Shown here one piece after another: positions 26,111 through 36,173 of a stretch of 64,000 nt of DNA. Made by a program: the position numbers and the translations under genes. Every line of letters begins with the position of its first letter. Position 1 is the first letter of the stretch. The notes under the pieces are model-generated. The model ran no database searches. It was not told where the DNA came from and worked only from the letters and a program-made list of their open reading frames with translations. Origin of the DNA: Minisyncoccota bacterium (GTDB lineage Bacteria; Patescibacteriota; Minisyncoccia; Phycocordibacterales; UBA9973); NCBI GenBank assembly GCA_036405895.1, contig DASWWS010000002.1, positions 124,029 through 188,028 of the forward strand. The letters are read 5' to 3'.

Positions 26111-26776
26111 TTATTTCTTAGCGCCGTTAAAGACCATACCCTTGTAAATCCATACTTTGATACCGATACCACCGTATGCGAGGCGTGCTGTTTCGTGTGC
26201 GTAGTCAATATCCGCTCGAAGGGTCTGAAGTGGAACACTTCCGCGCTTTACCACTTCTGTACGAGAAATTTCAGCGCCGCCAAGACGTCCGCCAACATAG
26301 AACTTTGCACCCTGTACTCCGCGAACAGACATCACTTTCTCAATAAGAGTCTTCATAACACGACGGTACGGCATGCGCTTTTCAAGCCCTTCAGCAATCA
26401 TAAATGCAACGATTTTCGCATCCCCTTCTGGGTTTGTTACTTCGATGATTTCAAGCTTGATGTCGTCAGTGACAGTAAGGCCTGCCTGCTTAAGCGCCTT
26501 TACTAAGTCAGTCTTAAGCTTTGTTGCACCTTCACCACTTCGTCCGATAACCATACCTGGGCGTGAGGTGCGGATGATAACGCGGATAGACTTTTGCGCG
26601 CGTTCAAGTTCAACGCTTGATACATAAAAACCGCGAAGACGCTTTTCGAGGAACTGACGAATTGTTACATCAACCGCAAGGTTGTTAACATAGTTCTTGT
26701 CAGTTGCAAACCAGCGTGATTTCCAATCACGGAGGATAACAAGGCGGTGTGCATAAGGGTGTACTACTTTAGACAT
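26111..26776 (-). CDS. rpsC: 30S ribosomal protein S3
   Basis: KH domain. Start moved to MSKVVHPYAHRLVIL. Confidence 0.9.
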   Translation of the reverse strand: MSKVVHPYAHRLVILRDWKSRWFATDKNYVNNLAVDVTIRQFLEKRLRGFYVSSVELERAQKSIRVIIRTSRPGMVIGRSGEGATKLKTDLVKALKQAGLTVTDDIKLEIIEVTNPEGDAKIVAFMIAEGLEKRMPYRRVMKTLIEKVMSVRGVQGAKFYVGGRLGGAEISRTEVVKRGSVPLQTLRADIDYAHETARLAYGGIGIKVWIYKGMVFNGAKK

Positions 26777-26786
26777 ATTATAAAAA

Positions 26787-27131
26787 TTATTTAGATGATT
26801 TCTTAACTGGCGCTTCACCCAAAGTGACGTCGACATGGCTGGTGCGTTTATTGATGCGTTTTGCAACACCCATCGCACGAGCGCGGATACGCTTCATTAC
26901 GAGTCCCTTGTTTACTTCGATATTCTGGATAACGAGAGTAGAGGTGTCGGCACCGAGGTTGTAGGCATTTGCAGCAGCGCTCTTGATAAGCTTCTGGATA
27001 GGCTCAGCAGCGCGCTTTGGCATATATGAGAGCACAGTGTCAGCAGCAGCAAGTGACTTGCCTTTAACAGCGTTCGCTACGAGGCGGACTTTGCGGGGAC
27101 TTTGACGATAGTTAGTGAGTGATGCTTTCAT
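26787..27131 (-). CDS. rplV: 50S ribosomal protein L22
   Basis: Family match and synteny. Confidence 0.9.
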   Translation of the reverse strand: MKASLTNYRQSPRKVRLVANAVKGKSLAAADTVLSYMPKRAAEPIQKLIKSAAANAYNLGADTSTLVIQNIEVNKGLVMKRIRARAMGVAKRINKRTSHVDVTLGEAPVKKSSK

Positions 27132-27155
27132 ACGAATGTGTTAACTGAATAGAGT

Positions 27156-27503
27156 TTATTTCTTCTTAGCGTCTCCGCCTGAAGCTTTTGCTGACTTAGC
27201 AGCAGTGATTTCAGCTTCTTTTTTCTTCTGGTCGATATCCTTCTGCATCTTACCTCCGTGACGGGTAAACTTGCGAGTCGGTGAGAATTCACCCAAGCGG
27301 TGCCCTACCATATCTTCTGTTACGAGGACTTCGAGGTGAGCGCGTCCGTTGTGCACTCCAAAAGTGAAGCCAACCATTTCAGGCGCGATTTGTGAATCGC
27401 GTGACCATGTCTTGATAACGCCTGCAGCCATAGGCTGCTTGCCTTCAATCTTTTTGAGTAATTTTGGGTCAATGTATGGCCCTTTTGCGAGTGATCGTGT
27501 CAT
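27156..27503 (-). CDS. rpsS: 30S ribosomal protein S19, with a Lys-rich C-terminal extension
   Basis: [16 protein letters not shown] core. The C-terminal ~25 aa [28 protein letters not shown] is extra. Confidence 0.9.
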   Translation of the reverse strand: MTRSLAKGPYIDPKLLKKIEGKQPMAAGVIKTWSRDSQIAPEMVGFTFGVHNGRAHLEVLVTEDMVGHRLGEFSPTRKFTRHGGKMQKDIDQKKKEAEITAAKSAKASGGDAKKK

Positions 27504-27623
27504 GTGAGAAAAAAAGAGGCTCTTTTTGAGCTCCGCATATCTTAGCAAATTACAGGGCAATGTCAAATATATGCTTTAACTAAAAAATTATTATGGATAA
27601 AAAGAGAAAAACCAAGGAATTAC

Positions 27624-28022
27624 TTACACCAAAAAGAGTAGTTTTGGAATGAAAATGATCGCTCCTATTGAGGCTGCACTGAGAACCGAGATAAGCACAG
27701 CGCCGGCTGCGACGTCTTTGGTATCTTTTGCGTACGGATGATACTCGGGGCTGGTGAGATCGATATCTATCTCAAAGGCGGTATTAATCGCTTCTGTTAC
27801 CAAAACAGCCGCCATCGCCAAAATAAGGATGCACCACTCCACCGGAGCGATGCGTAGCCATACCCCAAGAGCGGTTACAAGAGCTGCTGCGGCAATTTGG
27901 ATCCAAAAGTTGTGCTGGGTGCGCACAATGATGCGAAGTCCCCGTACGGCGTATTTAAAGCTTCGAGCGCGTGCGATAAGCGAGAACCGTTTCTTTTCCG
28001 AAATATGTTTTACAGCATTCAT
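27624..28022 (-). CDS. dgkA: diacylglycerol kinase / undecaprenol kinase family (DgkA-like) membrane protein inserted between rplB and rpsS
   Basis: Three TM helices and the EAINTAFE motif of prokaryotic DAGK. Confidence 0.7.
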   Translation of the reverse strand: MNAVKHISEKKRFSLIARARSFKYAVRGLRIIVRTQHNFWIQIAAAALVTALGVWLRIAPVEWCILILAMAAVLVTEAINTAFEIDIDLTSPEYHPYAKDTKDVAAGAVLISVLSAASIGAIIFIPKLLFLV

Positions 28023-28057
28023 AGCGTGAGTATAGCAAACAAACAGCAGATACCCCT

Positions 28058-28166
28058 CCTAGCAAGGACGGTCCTTGCTAGATTTGTTTAACGAGGAAAT
28101 TCCCTTCTCTCAGAAGGACTGTCCTTCTGAGAGAACAAAAAACTCCCGAACGGGAGTTTTTTGCGA
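28058..28166. terminator. Cluster of three hairpins: CTAGCAAGGACGGTCCTTGCTAG, CAGAAGGACTGTCCTTCTG, and AAAAACTCCCGAACGGGAGTTTTTTG
   Basis: Two members of the GGACNGTCC-core family plus an ordinary terminator, between rplB and dgkA. Confidence 0.75.
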
Positions 28167-28181
28167 TAGTTACTATAGAGA

Positions 28182-29027
28182 TTATCGAGTGCCGTTTTTG
28201 CGGCGAGTGATAACGTTCTTGTTTGAGTATTTCTTCGGAGTACGAGTGCGAACACCGTATGCCTGCTTACCGTGACGAGTCTTAGGACCTCGGCGAAGAC
28301 CAATACCTTGAACACCCTCACCACCACCGTGTGGGTGGTCAACCGGGTTCATGGCAGTACCACGAACAGTTGGGCGAATACCCTTCCATCGTGAGCGTCC
28401 AGCCTTACCGTACTTCACGAGCTTGTGTTCGTGGTTAGACACTTCACCAACTGATGCCCATGCAATGTCCTGCACGCGGCGAATTTCGGTCGAAGGCATC
28501 TTGAGCTGTGTGTAGCCCTCCTGCTGCGCAACAACTTGTGCGAATGAACCGGCTGAGCGAACCATCTTTGCTCCTGCTCCTGGCTTGATTTCGATATTGT
28601 ATACAAAAGTACCAGAAGGGATTTTGTTCAAAGGAAGGCGGTTCCCTACTTCAATAGGAGCGTTTTCTGAAACGAGGAATGTGTGTCCTGCAGTAACGTT
28701 CTTTGGAACTACTACATAGCGCTTTTCACCATCGGCATAGACTGCAACACCTACGAATGCTGATCGGTTTGGATCGTATTCAACAGTGGTGATTTTCGCT
28801 GGGATATCGTGCTTGTTGTAGTGGAAGTCCACCAAACGGTATAAACGCTTGTTACCACCGCCCTTGTGAGCTGTAGTGATGCGGCCCATGTTGTTTCGTC
28901 CAACAGAGCGCTTGCGACCCATAGTCAAAGACTTCAAGGGCGTGTCTGTTGTGAGAACCTTGCGGTAATCGATCGTAACGGTGTTACGGCGAGACTGTGT
29001 TGTTGGTTTGTATGTTTTCATTGCCAT
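28182..29027 (-). CDS. rplB: 50S ribosomal protein L2
   Basis: Family match and synteny. Confidence 0.9.
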   Translation of the reverse strand: MAMKTYKPTTQSRRNTVTIDYRKVLTTDTPLKSLTMGRKRSVGRNNMGRITTAHKGGGNKRLYRLVDFHYNKHDIPAKITTVEYDPNRSAFVGVAVYADGEKRYVVVPKNVTAGHTFLVSENAPIEVGNRLPLNKIPSGTFVYNIEIKPGAGAKMVRSAGSFAQVVAQQEGYTQLKMPSTEIRRVQDIAWASVGEVSNHEHKLVKYGKAGRSRWKGIRPTVRGTAMNPVDHPHGGGEGVQGIGLRRGPKTRHGKQAYGVRTRTPKKYSNKNVITRRKNGTR

Positions 29028-29040
29028 AATAATAACTCGG

Positions 29041-29352
29041 TTAGATTACATCAATCGTTACGCCCTTTGGAAGGAATACGTACGCTTTCTTGGTAAAGTT
29101 CCCGCGACCGACACGTCCACCGCGAACATGAATCTTTGGAAGAGAGTTCACAGTGTTCACCTTGAGGGGCTTCTTGTTGTACTTTGCCTGAAATGCTTTT
29201 GCAATTTCGCTCTTTGTAGAGCCCACTGCTACGTTGAAAAGGTATACGCTGAACTGCGCGTAGCCAGCTGCTTTCTCAGTGATGCGCGCATCTTTGAGGA
29301 TGAGATTCTTTGGAGCTTCGACTTCTTTAGTTGTTGTCTTTTTTGTAGCCAT
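29041..29352 (-). CDS. rplW: 50S ribosomal protein L23
   Basis: Family match and synteny. Confidence 0.9.
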   Translation of the reverse strand: MATKKTTTKEVEAPKNLILKDARITEKAAGYAQFSVYLFNVAVGSTKSEIAKAFQAKYNKKPLKVNTVNSLPKIHVRGGRVGRGNFTKKAYVFLPKGVTIDVI

Positions 29353-29356
29353 ATAA

Positions 29357-30133
29357 TTATTTCATCTTAGCTTCTAGAACTGCTACTGCATCCGACGGAT
29401 TCACCACCACAATTGCGTGGAAGGTTGCAACAACAAGTGCGTTGAGCGCTACAGCTGTCGTAAGTGTTACTCCTGGAAGGTTTGCAAAGCTTAGTGCAAG
29501 CGTGTCATTGGTTTCCGGAAGCACGATAAGAACCCCGGTCTTTTTCTTTGTTGTAAGCTTTTCAAAGCCTGCAATACTAGCGAGAGTAGAGAGTACGCTT
29601 GAAGCGTCTTTTGTCTTGATTGCGTCGAGTGAAAGGGTGTCCACAAAAAGGATAGCACTGTCAGCAAACTTCTTAGAGAGCACAGTATAGAGAGCTTTTA
29701 CGCGCATCTTCTTGTTGATCTTCTGAGAGTAGTCTTTGTCGTTGCGTGGACCGAATGTCACACCACCGCCAACCCAAATTGGGGAGCGATTTGAACCGTG
29801 ACGAGCGCGTCCTGTTCCCTTCTGCTTCCATGGCTTTTTACCGCCACCGCGTACTTCGCTGCGGTCTTTAGTGTGTGCTGTTCCTGCACGCATGTTTGCC
29901 TGCATTCCAACAACAACCTGGTGCACAAGGTCGCCATTCCATTTCAGTCCAAATACTGACCCAGGAAGCGCGATTGTTCCGGCTGCCTTTGCAGACTGGC
30001 TGTAGATAGGAGCTGAAAGTTCAGCAACTGCCTTTTTCTCTTTTGGCACTTTTGCTACAACTGACTTAGGCGCCGCTGTCTTGGCAACTGTCTTCTTCGC
30101 AACTGTTTTCTTTGTAGGAGTTGTTTCTTTCAT
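29357..30133 (-). CDS. rplD: 50S ribosomal protein L4, with a ~55-aa Lys/Ala-rich N-terminal extension
   Basis: L4 core begins around ...LPGSVFGLKWNGDLVHQVV. Start placed at MKETTPTKK, just after the rplC stop. Confidence 0.85.
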   Translation of the reverse strand: MKETTPTKKTVAKKTVAKTAAPKSVVAKVPKEKKAVAELSAPIYSQSAKAAGTIALPGSVFGLKWNGDLVHQVVVGMQANMRAGTAHTKDRSEVRGGGKKPWKQKGTGRARHGSNRSPIWVGGGVTFGPRNDKDYSQKINKKMRVKALYTVLSKKFADSAILFVDTLSLDAIKTKDASSVLSTLASIAGFEKLTTKKKTGVLIVLPETNDTLALSFANLPGVTLTTAVALNALVVATFHAIVVVNPSDAVAVLEAKMK

Positions 30134-30137
30134 AAAA

Positions 30138-30761
30138 TTATTTGTTGATCGTCTCAAAAATCTGGACAATAGTGCCTCGACGACCTGGTACTGCTCCGCT
30201 AATAGCAATAGTGTTTGTTGCTACATCCACTGCCACTACTTTGAGGCCTTTTACAGTCACGATATCTCCACCAGTACGTCCTGCCATGCGCATGCCTTTT
30301 ACAACACGTCCGCCAGCGCGTCCTGGACCTCCACCGATAGAACCAGCTTCGCGTTCAGAGTGCTTCTGACCGTGAGAGCGAGGACCTCCTTTAAAGCCGT
30401 GGCGCTTAACCACACCCTGGAAACCTTTCGCCTTTGAAGTACTGGTAACAGTAACATCGTCTCCAGCTTCGAACATTTCTACATTGATAGTGTCGCCAAT
30501 AGCCTGTCCAACTTCGTCTGCACGGAATTCCTTCACTGCTTTGTAGCCTTTGCCGCCGTGCGCGCCAAGAACAGCCTTTGTAACGCGGCTTTCCTTCTGT
30601 TCTTCTGTAGCAAGTGCGATAGCGCTGTAGCCGTCACGTTCAAGCGTTTTGATAGCAGTTACCACGTTAGGCATCGCCTGAATAAGGGTAACTGGGGTGA
30701 CACGGCCGCTTTCATCAAAGCGCTGTGACATATTGATTTTTCTTCCGAGGATATATTTCAT
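30138..30761 (-). CDS. rplC: 50S ribosomal protein L3
   Basis: Family match and synteny. Confidence 0.9.
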   Translation of the reverse strand: MKYILGRKINMSQRFDESGRVTPVTLIQAMPNVVTAIKTLERDGYSAIALATEEQKESRVTKAVLGAHGGKGYKAVKEFRADEVGQAIGDTINVEMFEAGDDVTVTSTSKAKGFQGVVKRHGFKGGPRSHGQKHSEREAGSIGGGPGRAGGRVVKGMRMAGRTGGDIVTVKGLKVVAVDVATNTIAISGAVPGRRGTIVQIFETINK

Positions 30762-30909
30762 ACTGTTCGTGCCCCTCCGCCCCTTATAAATGCGGGACTG
30801 GAGTTATTGGGTATTGGACCATTGCATATAGTAATACGTGCAAGTGGGTAGGATTATACACGGCTTCAAAAAAAGTGCAACTTTTCTTATAAAACCTAAT
30901 GATGTAAAC

Positions 30910-30936
30910 AAAAAGCCCCCTTTCGGGGGCTTTTTG
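30910..30936. terminator. Bidirectional terminator AAAAGCCCCCTTTCGGGGGCTTTTTG between rpsJ and rplC
   Basis: Hairpin plus T-run inside a 176-nt spacer that separates S10 from L3. Confidence 0.8.
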
Positions 30937-30937
30937 T

Positions 30938-31282
30938 TTACATCATCTTAACGTCGATGTCGACACCAGAAGGCATGGATAGGTTCGTCAGAGATTCGAT
31001 TACCTTCGGAGAAGGGTTTTCGATATCGATGAGGCGCTTGTGAACGCGCATCTCGAACTGCTCGCGCGAGTTCTTGTAGATGAACGGAGAGCGGTTCACA
31101 GTGTACTTCTTGATTTCAGTCGGAAGCGGGATCGGACCGCGCACTACTGCGTCATAACGCACTGCAGTGTCGATGATCTGCTTGACTGAAGCGTCAAGAA
31201 TTTTGTTTTCGTAGGCGCGTACGCGAATGCGGAGCATGCTTTGTACGTCGTCTTTTTTAGGTTTTGCTGTTTTTGTTGCCAT
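30938..31282 (-). CDS. rpsJ: 30S ribosomal protein S10
   Basis: Family match. Confidence 0.9.
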   Translation of the reverse strand: MATKTAKPKKDDVQSMLRIRVRAYENKILDASVKQIIDTAVRYDAVVRGPIPLPTEIKKYTVNRSPFIYKNSREQFEMRVHKRLIDIENPSPKVIESLTNLSMPSGVDIDVKMM

Positions 31283-31381
31283 GTTGTGAAGAGCTCGGTG
31301 AGGGTCGGACTGTCGCAGTGGTGAGTTCTGATGTTTTCACGCTCTACGCCCCGGTTCCGCAAACCATTATTCTAATACTGA

Positions 31382-32575
31382 TTAGGCAATAACCTTAGTT
31401 ACCACTCCGGCACCGACTGTGCGGCCACCTTCGCGGATAGCGAAACGCATTTGGTCTTCAACACCAACTGGAACAACAAGTTTAACGTTGATCTTCACAG
31501 TGTCCCCTGGCATAACCATTTCTGTTCCTGCTGGGAGTGTTACTTCACCGGTAACGTCAGTTGTACGGATGTAGAACTGAGGCTTGTAACCGTTGATGAA
31601 AGGAGTGTGACGACCACCTTCTTCCTTTTTAAGAACGTAGATTTCACCTTCGAATTCTGTGTGAGGTTTTACTGAGCCAGTCTTTGCGAGCACCTGTCCA
31701 CGAGTAAGGTCTTCCTTTTTCACACCACGGAGGAGAATACCTGCGTTGTCACCTGCCATACCTTCAGTCAACTGCTTGTTGAACATTTCGATACCGGTAA
31801 CAGTAGTCTTCATAGTATCTTTGATACCAACGATTTCTACTTCTTCACCAACTTTCACGATACCGCGCTCGATACGGCCAGTTACCACTGTACCGCGACC
31901 TTCAATAGAGAAGATGTCTTCGATCGGCATAAGGAAAGGCTTGTCGATGTCACGTTCTGGAAGTGGGAAGTACGTGTCGAGAGCGTTTGTAAGCTCAAGA
32001 ACCTTCTGTGCCCATTCGTCGTCGATAGAAGTAGCTTCAAGTCCCTTAAGACCTGATCCGCGGATGATAGGACAATCCTTGTCAAAGCCCTGTTTCTCAA
32101 GGATTTCACGGATTTCTTCTTCCACGAGTTCGATCATGTCAGGATCATCAACCATGTCGCACTTGTTGAGGAACACGATGATTTTTGGAACACCCACCTG
32201 CTTCGCAAGGAGGATGTGTTCGCGAGTCTGAGGCATAGCACCGTCAGTCGCAGCAACCACGAGCACAGCACCGTCCATCTGAGCGGCACCAGTAATCATG
32301 TTCTTGATGTAGTCGGCGTGGCCTGGTGCATCAATGTGAGCGTAGTGACGAGACGCTGTTTCGTACTCGTTGTGTGAGATGTTGATAGTAATACCACGCG
32401 CCTTTTCTTCAGGTGCGCCGTCAATATCGCTAACTCCTTTCATTTTAACTTTGTCTCCGTTCATGTTCAAAACATGAAGGATCGCCGCTGTAAGGGTAGT
32501 CTTACCGTGGTCAACGTGACCGATGGTACCTACGTTTACGTGCGGCTTTGAGCGATCAAATGCTTCTGCAGCCAT
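31382..32575 (-). CDS. tuf: elongation factor Tu
   Basis: [19 protein letters not shown]-motifs. Start moved to [14 protein letters not shown]. Confidence 0.95.
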   Translation of the reverse strand: MAAEAFDRSKPHVNVGTIGHVDHGKTTLTAAILHVLNMNGDKVKMKGVSDIDGAPEEKARGITINISHNEYETASRHYAHIDAPGHADYIKNMITGAAQMDGAVLVVAATDGAMPQTREHILLAKQVGVPKIIVFLNKCDMVDDPDMIELVEEEIREILEKQGFDKDCPIIRGSGLKGLEATSIDDEWAQKVLELTNALDTYFPLPERDIDKPFLMPIEDIFSIEGRGTVVTGRIERGIVKVGEEVEIVGIKDTMKTTVTGIEMFNKQLTEGMAGDNAGILLRGVKKEDLTRGQVLAKTGSVKPHTEFEGEIYVLKKEEGGRHTPFINGYKPQFYIRTTDVTGEVTLPAGTEMVMPGDTVKINVKLVVPVGVEDQMRFAIREGGRTVGAGVVTKVIA

Positions 32576-32742
32576 AATAATATACTGATTAATTAAGTAA
32601 TAAGTTCCAAACAAAAACAATCTGCCCGACGCCGTTTAAAGAGCGCGGACGCAAAAATGATTGTGGGCGTATCGTACTATAAATTGGAAGCCTCTGTCAA
32701 ACCACTCTTCTATACAAAATCCCCTCTTATGAGGGGATTTTG

Positions 32743-32922
32743 TTATTTTGCTGCAGCAAGCGCTGCTTCTCCTTCTCTAATTTTTGCCAACAATGCTTTT
32801 GATTCTTTGTCGAGATTTTCCTCTCCACCAATGGAGTTTAATTCGGCTTGTATTTCTTGGCTCTGTCGGGCAATTTTCTGATCCAAAGTTTCAGGAGAAA
32901 GGGTTTTTTCAAAATTTTCCAT
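32743..32922 (-). CDS. Small hypothetical protein (59 aa, predicted helical, acidic)
   Basis: Hand-translated MENFEKTLSPETLDQKIARQSQEIQAELNSIGGEENLDKESKALLAKIREGEAALAAAK. Followed by a terminator at 32714-32742. Below the ORF-track length cut-off. Confidence 0.3.
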   Translation of the reverse strand: MENFEKTLSPETLDQKIARQSQEIQAELNSIGGEENLDKESKALLAKIREGEAALAAAK

Positions 32923-32924
32923 AA

Positions 32925-33086
32925 TTATCCTTGTGCTGCTGTTAATGCGTCCTTTATATTCTTGATATATTTCTTCAATACGTCATAAGAAAAGCTGATT
33001 TCCTGAAGCAGTTCTTCTTGCTCAAGGTCTGTAGCCTCCCCCATTTGTACTTTTTCGATTAGCTCGTCCATTCGTGCCTGATCCAT
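32925..33086 (-). CDS. Small hypothetical protein (53 aa, predicted helical, acidic)
   Basis: Hand-translated MDQARMDELIEKVQMGEATDLEQEELLQEISFSYDVLKKYIKNIKDALTAAQG. Its stop lies 2 nt before the start of the next small ORF. Confidence 0.3.
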   Translation of the reverse strand: MDQARMDELIEKVQMGEATDLEQEELLQEISFSYDVLKKYIKNIKDALTAAQG

Positions 33087-33168
33087 AGTGTTGTACTACT
33101 CTTTCCTTGTAATAGCAACAGTATAGCATTTTAAGACAAAGACCGGCATAACCGGTCTTTGTTGAGTA

Positions 33169-35310
33169 CTATTTTCGAGATTCGATAATCGTTGCCGCAA
33201 CGTTTTGCGGAACAATGTCGTAGCGGAGGAATTCCATCGTAAACGATGCGCGTCCTTCGGTCATAGAACGAAGCGTTGTCATGTATCCGAACATTTCTGA
33301 AAGAGGAACAATGGCGTTGACCACCTGGTTCATACCGCGAGATTCCATGCCCTCAATGATTCCACGGCGAGATGACATAGAACCCGTAACGTCGCCGAAG
33401 AATTTCTCAGGGGTCACCACTTCCACCTTCATCATCGGTTCGAGGATCACCGGCTTTGCAGCATTTGCTGCGTCTGTGATTGCCATTGAAGCGGCAATTT
33501 TAAACGCCATTTCGTTTGAGTCGACTTCGTGGTAGCTACCGTCATAGAGTTCAACGGAAACATTTTCCATTTTAAAGCCTGCAAGAATACCGCGGTCCAA
33601 GCCTTCCTTGAATCCTTTTTCGATCGGCGGAATGTATTCACCCGGAATCGCACCACCTTTGATAGTGTTGACGATTTCAAGCGTACCGATGCGCTTCACA
33701 TTTTTTGGAAGGTCTTTCGGATCAGCTGACTGATCAAGCGGCTTGATGCGGATTTTTACGTGACCGTAGTTACCCTTACCACCAGACTGTTTGATGTACT
33801 TCCCTTCAGCCTGCGCTTCAGCGGTGATTGTTTCGCGATATGCAACCTGTGGCTTCCCTACATTTGCTTCCACGTTGAACTCGCGCTTCATGCGGTCAAC
33901 AATGATTTCCAAATGAAGTTCACCCATGCCGGCAATAATTGTTTCTTCTGTTTCAGGATCGGTCGACACTTTGAATGTCGGGTCTTCCTGGGCAAGGCGG
34001 TTGAGTGCAAGACCCATTTTTTCTTGGTCTGCCTTTGTCTTTGGTTCAATGCGAAGGTTAATCACGGGTTCCGGGAAGGTAATACGGTCAAGGAGAATTG
34101 GTGTCTTTTCGTCACAGAGTGTGTCAGAAGTGTTTGTCTCTTTAAGACCAACAGCTGCAGCGATTTCACCTGCAAACACTTTTTTCACTTCTTCACGCTG
34201 GTCAGCCTGCATACGAACAATACGGCTCATGCGCTCTTTGTTTCCAGTGCGCGGGTTGTATACATATGACCCTGCTTCAAGTGTACCTGAGTACACACGG
34301 AAGAAGACGAGCTGTCCGACGAACGGGTCAGCCATGGACTTAAACGCAAGCGCTGCAAAAGGAGCCTTGTCGTCGGCTGGGCAAAGCACTTCTTCGTCAG
34401 TGTCAGGGTTCGTTGCACTAACAGGCTTAATATCAGTCGGAGCCGGAAGATAATCGACAACAGCATCAAGCACGAGCTGAACGCCTTTGTTCTTCAAAGC
34501 AGACCCTGCGTATACAGGGAAGATATCGTTGGCAATAACTGCCTTTCGAAGCATTTTCTTAAGGTCAGCGTATGCAGGCTCGTTTCCTTCAAGATATGCA
34601 TTCATCATTGCTTCGTCGTTTTCAACAATGCGTTCAACGAATTCTGCATGGTACTTCTTGGCATCCTCCATCATGTTTTCAGGGATATCCTTTTCGATCA
34701 CTTTATTTCCCATTTCGCCCTCAAAGTAAAATGCTTTCATTTTCAAAAGGTCTACTACCCCTTCGTGGTTTTCCTCAAGTCCTATCGGAAGCTGTGCGCG
34801 AACCGCTTTCTTTGAAAGACGGTCAAGGATGGTTTTGTATGAGTGTTCAAATGATGCACCGGTACGGTCAAGCTTGTTCACAAAACAAATACGAGGAACA
34901 TTGGCCTCATCGGCATAGCGCCAGTTGGTTTCGGACTGCGGTTCAACACCTGCAACACCGTCAAACACCACAACAGCGCCGTCGAGTACGCGAAGTGAGC
35001 GCTTCACTTCAACAGTAAAGTCGATGTGTCCCGGAGTGTCGATAACGTTGAATCGGAAACGACTGTCCTTTGATCCATTTGCGTACGTTGGAATCCAGGT
35101 ACAAGAAACTGCAGCAGCAGTAATAGTGATACCTCGCTCGCGCTCCTGTTCCATCCAGTCGGTAGTTGTTTCGCCGTCGTGCACTTCCCCGATCTTGTGG
35201 CTCTGTCCTGTGTAGTAGAGCACGCGTTCTGAAGTAGTGGTCTTACCCGCATCAATGTGCGCGATAATACCGAAGTTTCTTGTTTTTTCGAGTGAATATT
35301 CCCGTTCCAT
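33169..35310 (-). CDS. fusA: elongation factor G
   Basis: 713 aa. AHIDAGKTT and other GTPase motifs, plus EF-G domains IV and V. Confidence 0.95.
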   Translation of the reverse strand: MEREYSLEKTRNFGIIAHIDAGKTTTSERVLYYTGQSHKIGEVHDGETTTDWMEQERERGITITAAAVSCTWIPTYANGSKDSRFRFNVIDTPGHIDFTVEVKRSLRVLDGAVVVFDGVAGVEPQSETNWRYADEANVPRICFVNKLDRTGASFEHSYKTILDRLSKKAVRAQLPIGLEENHEGVVDLLKMKAFYFEGEMGNKVIEKDIPENMMEDAKKYHAEFVERIVENDEAMMNAYLEGNEPAYADLKKMLRKAVIANDIFPVYAGSALKNKGVQLVLDAVVDYLPAPTDIKPVSATNPDTDEEVLCPADDKAPFAALAFKSMADPFVGQLVFFRVYSGTLEAGSYVYNPRTGNKERMSRIVRMQADQREEVKKVFAGEIAAAVGLKETNTSDTLCDEKTPILLDRITFPEPVINLRIEPKTKADQEKMGLALNRLAQEDPTFKVSTDPETEETIIAGMGELHLEIIVDRMKREFNVEANVGKPQVAYRETITAEAQAEGKYIKQSGGKGNYGHVKIRIKPLDQSADPKDLPKNVKRIGTLEIVNTIKGGAIPGEYIPPIEKGFKEGLDRGILAGFKMENVSVELYDGSYHEVDSNEMAFKIAASMAITDAANAAKPVILEPMMKVEVVTPEKFFGDVTGSMSSRRGIIEGMESRGMNQVVNAIVPLSEMFGYMTTLRSMTEGRASFTMEFLRYDIVPQNVAATIIESRK

Positions 35311-35540
35311 ATATATTGTGTGTATTTGTTGTGTTAATGCTTGTTATCGTCCGTTAAATAGAGTGTGCATACTATACCGAGAGATGGCTTTTTTCGCAAT
35401 AGCAAAGACTGCATTTGCCGAAAATAAAAATCCGCCGGAGTATGAAGCCGGCGGACCTGTTAACCTTTATTAAAACAATGAAAAAGCTTCAAATTCGGCG
35501 TAAGAGCCCTTTCATATCGGACTATACCACTCTCAAAACA

Positions 35541-35572
35541 AAAAGCAACCATGGGTGGCTGCTTTTTGTTTT
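35541..35572. terminator. Terminator-like hairpin AAAAAGCAACCATGGGTGGCTGCTTTTTG between rpsG and fusA
   Basis: Imperfect hairpin flanked by A/T runs in a 386-nt spacer. Confidence 0.55.
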
Positions 35573-35696
35573 TGTGTAAAAAAAGTGATTACCAAGCGAA
35601 GTGAGGGACTACGACTCTACAGCGGCGTTGCCGCTAAGACCTGCATGCTCCACTTTGCAACTGGAAAAACAAAATCCTCTTGCGGGGACTTGGTTT

Positions 35697-36167
35697 TTAC
35701 CAGGCAAAGTGGGCAAATGCCTTGTTGGATTCTGCCATTTTGTGGGTATCCTTGCGCTTTTTAACCGCATTTCCTTCACCTTTTGCAGCAAGCATCAACT
35801 CATCAGCAAGAGCAATAGATGTTTTCACACCCTTGCGAGCGCGCGCTGAGTCAATAATCCATCGCATTGCGAGTGCATTACGGCGTTCTGTACGAACTTC
35901 GCGAGGAACCTGGTAGTTAGCACCTCCGATGCGACGTGAGCGAACTTCCACCAATGGTCCAGCATTCTTCATTGCTGTTTCAAAAGTTTCGAGAGGGTCC
36001 TCTACCGCTTCCTTTTCCTTGATGATATCCATCGCGCCATACACCACAGTGCGAGCAGTGTTTTTCTTGCCGTCCTGCATGATGCAGTTAATAAACTTCT
36101 CGAGTCTCTCTGAAGAGTACTTGATGTCAGGCTTAACGATATTTCGATTTGTTACTTTTCTTCGCAT
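35697..36167 (-). CDS. rpsG: 30S ribosomal protein S7
   Basis: Family match. str-operon synteny. Confidence 0.9.
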   Translation of the reverse strand: MRRKVTNRNIVKPDIKYSSERLEKFINCIMQDGKKNTARTVVYGAMDIIKEKEAVEDPLETFETAMKNAGPLVEVRSRRIGGANYQVPREVRTERRNALAMRWIIDSARARKGVKTSIALADELMLAAKGEGNAVKKRKDTHKMAESNKAFAHFAW

Positions 36168-36173
36168 AATAGT

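Noticed and set aside
33760-35018. Several plus-strand ORFs of 148-175 aa
   Set aside because: They are antisense to fusA. They are shadow ORFs in a highly conserved gene.
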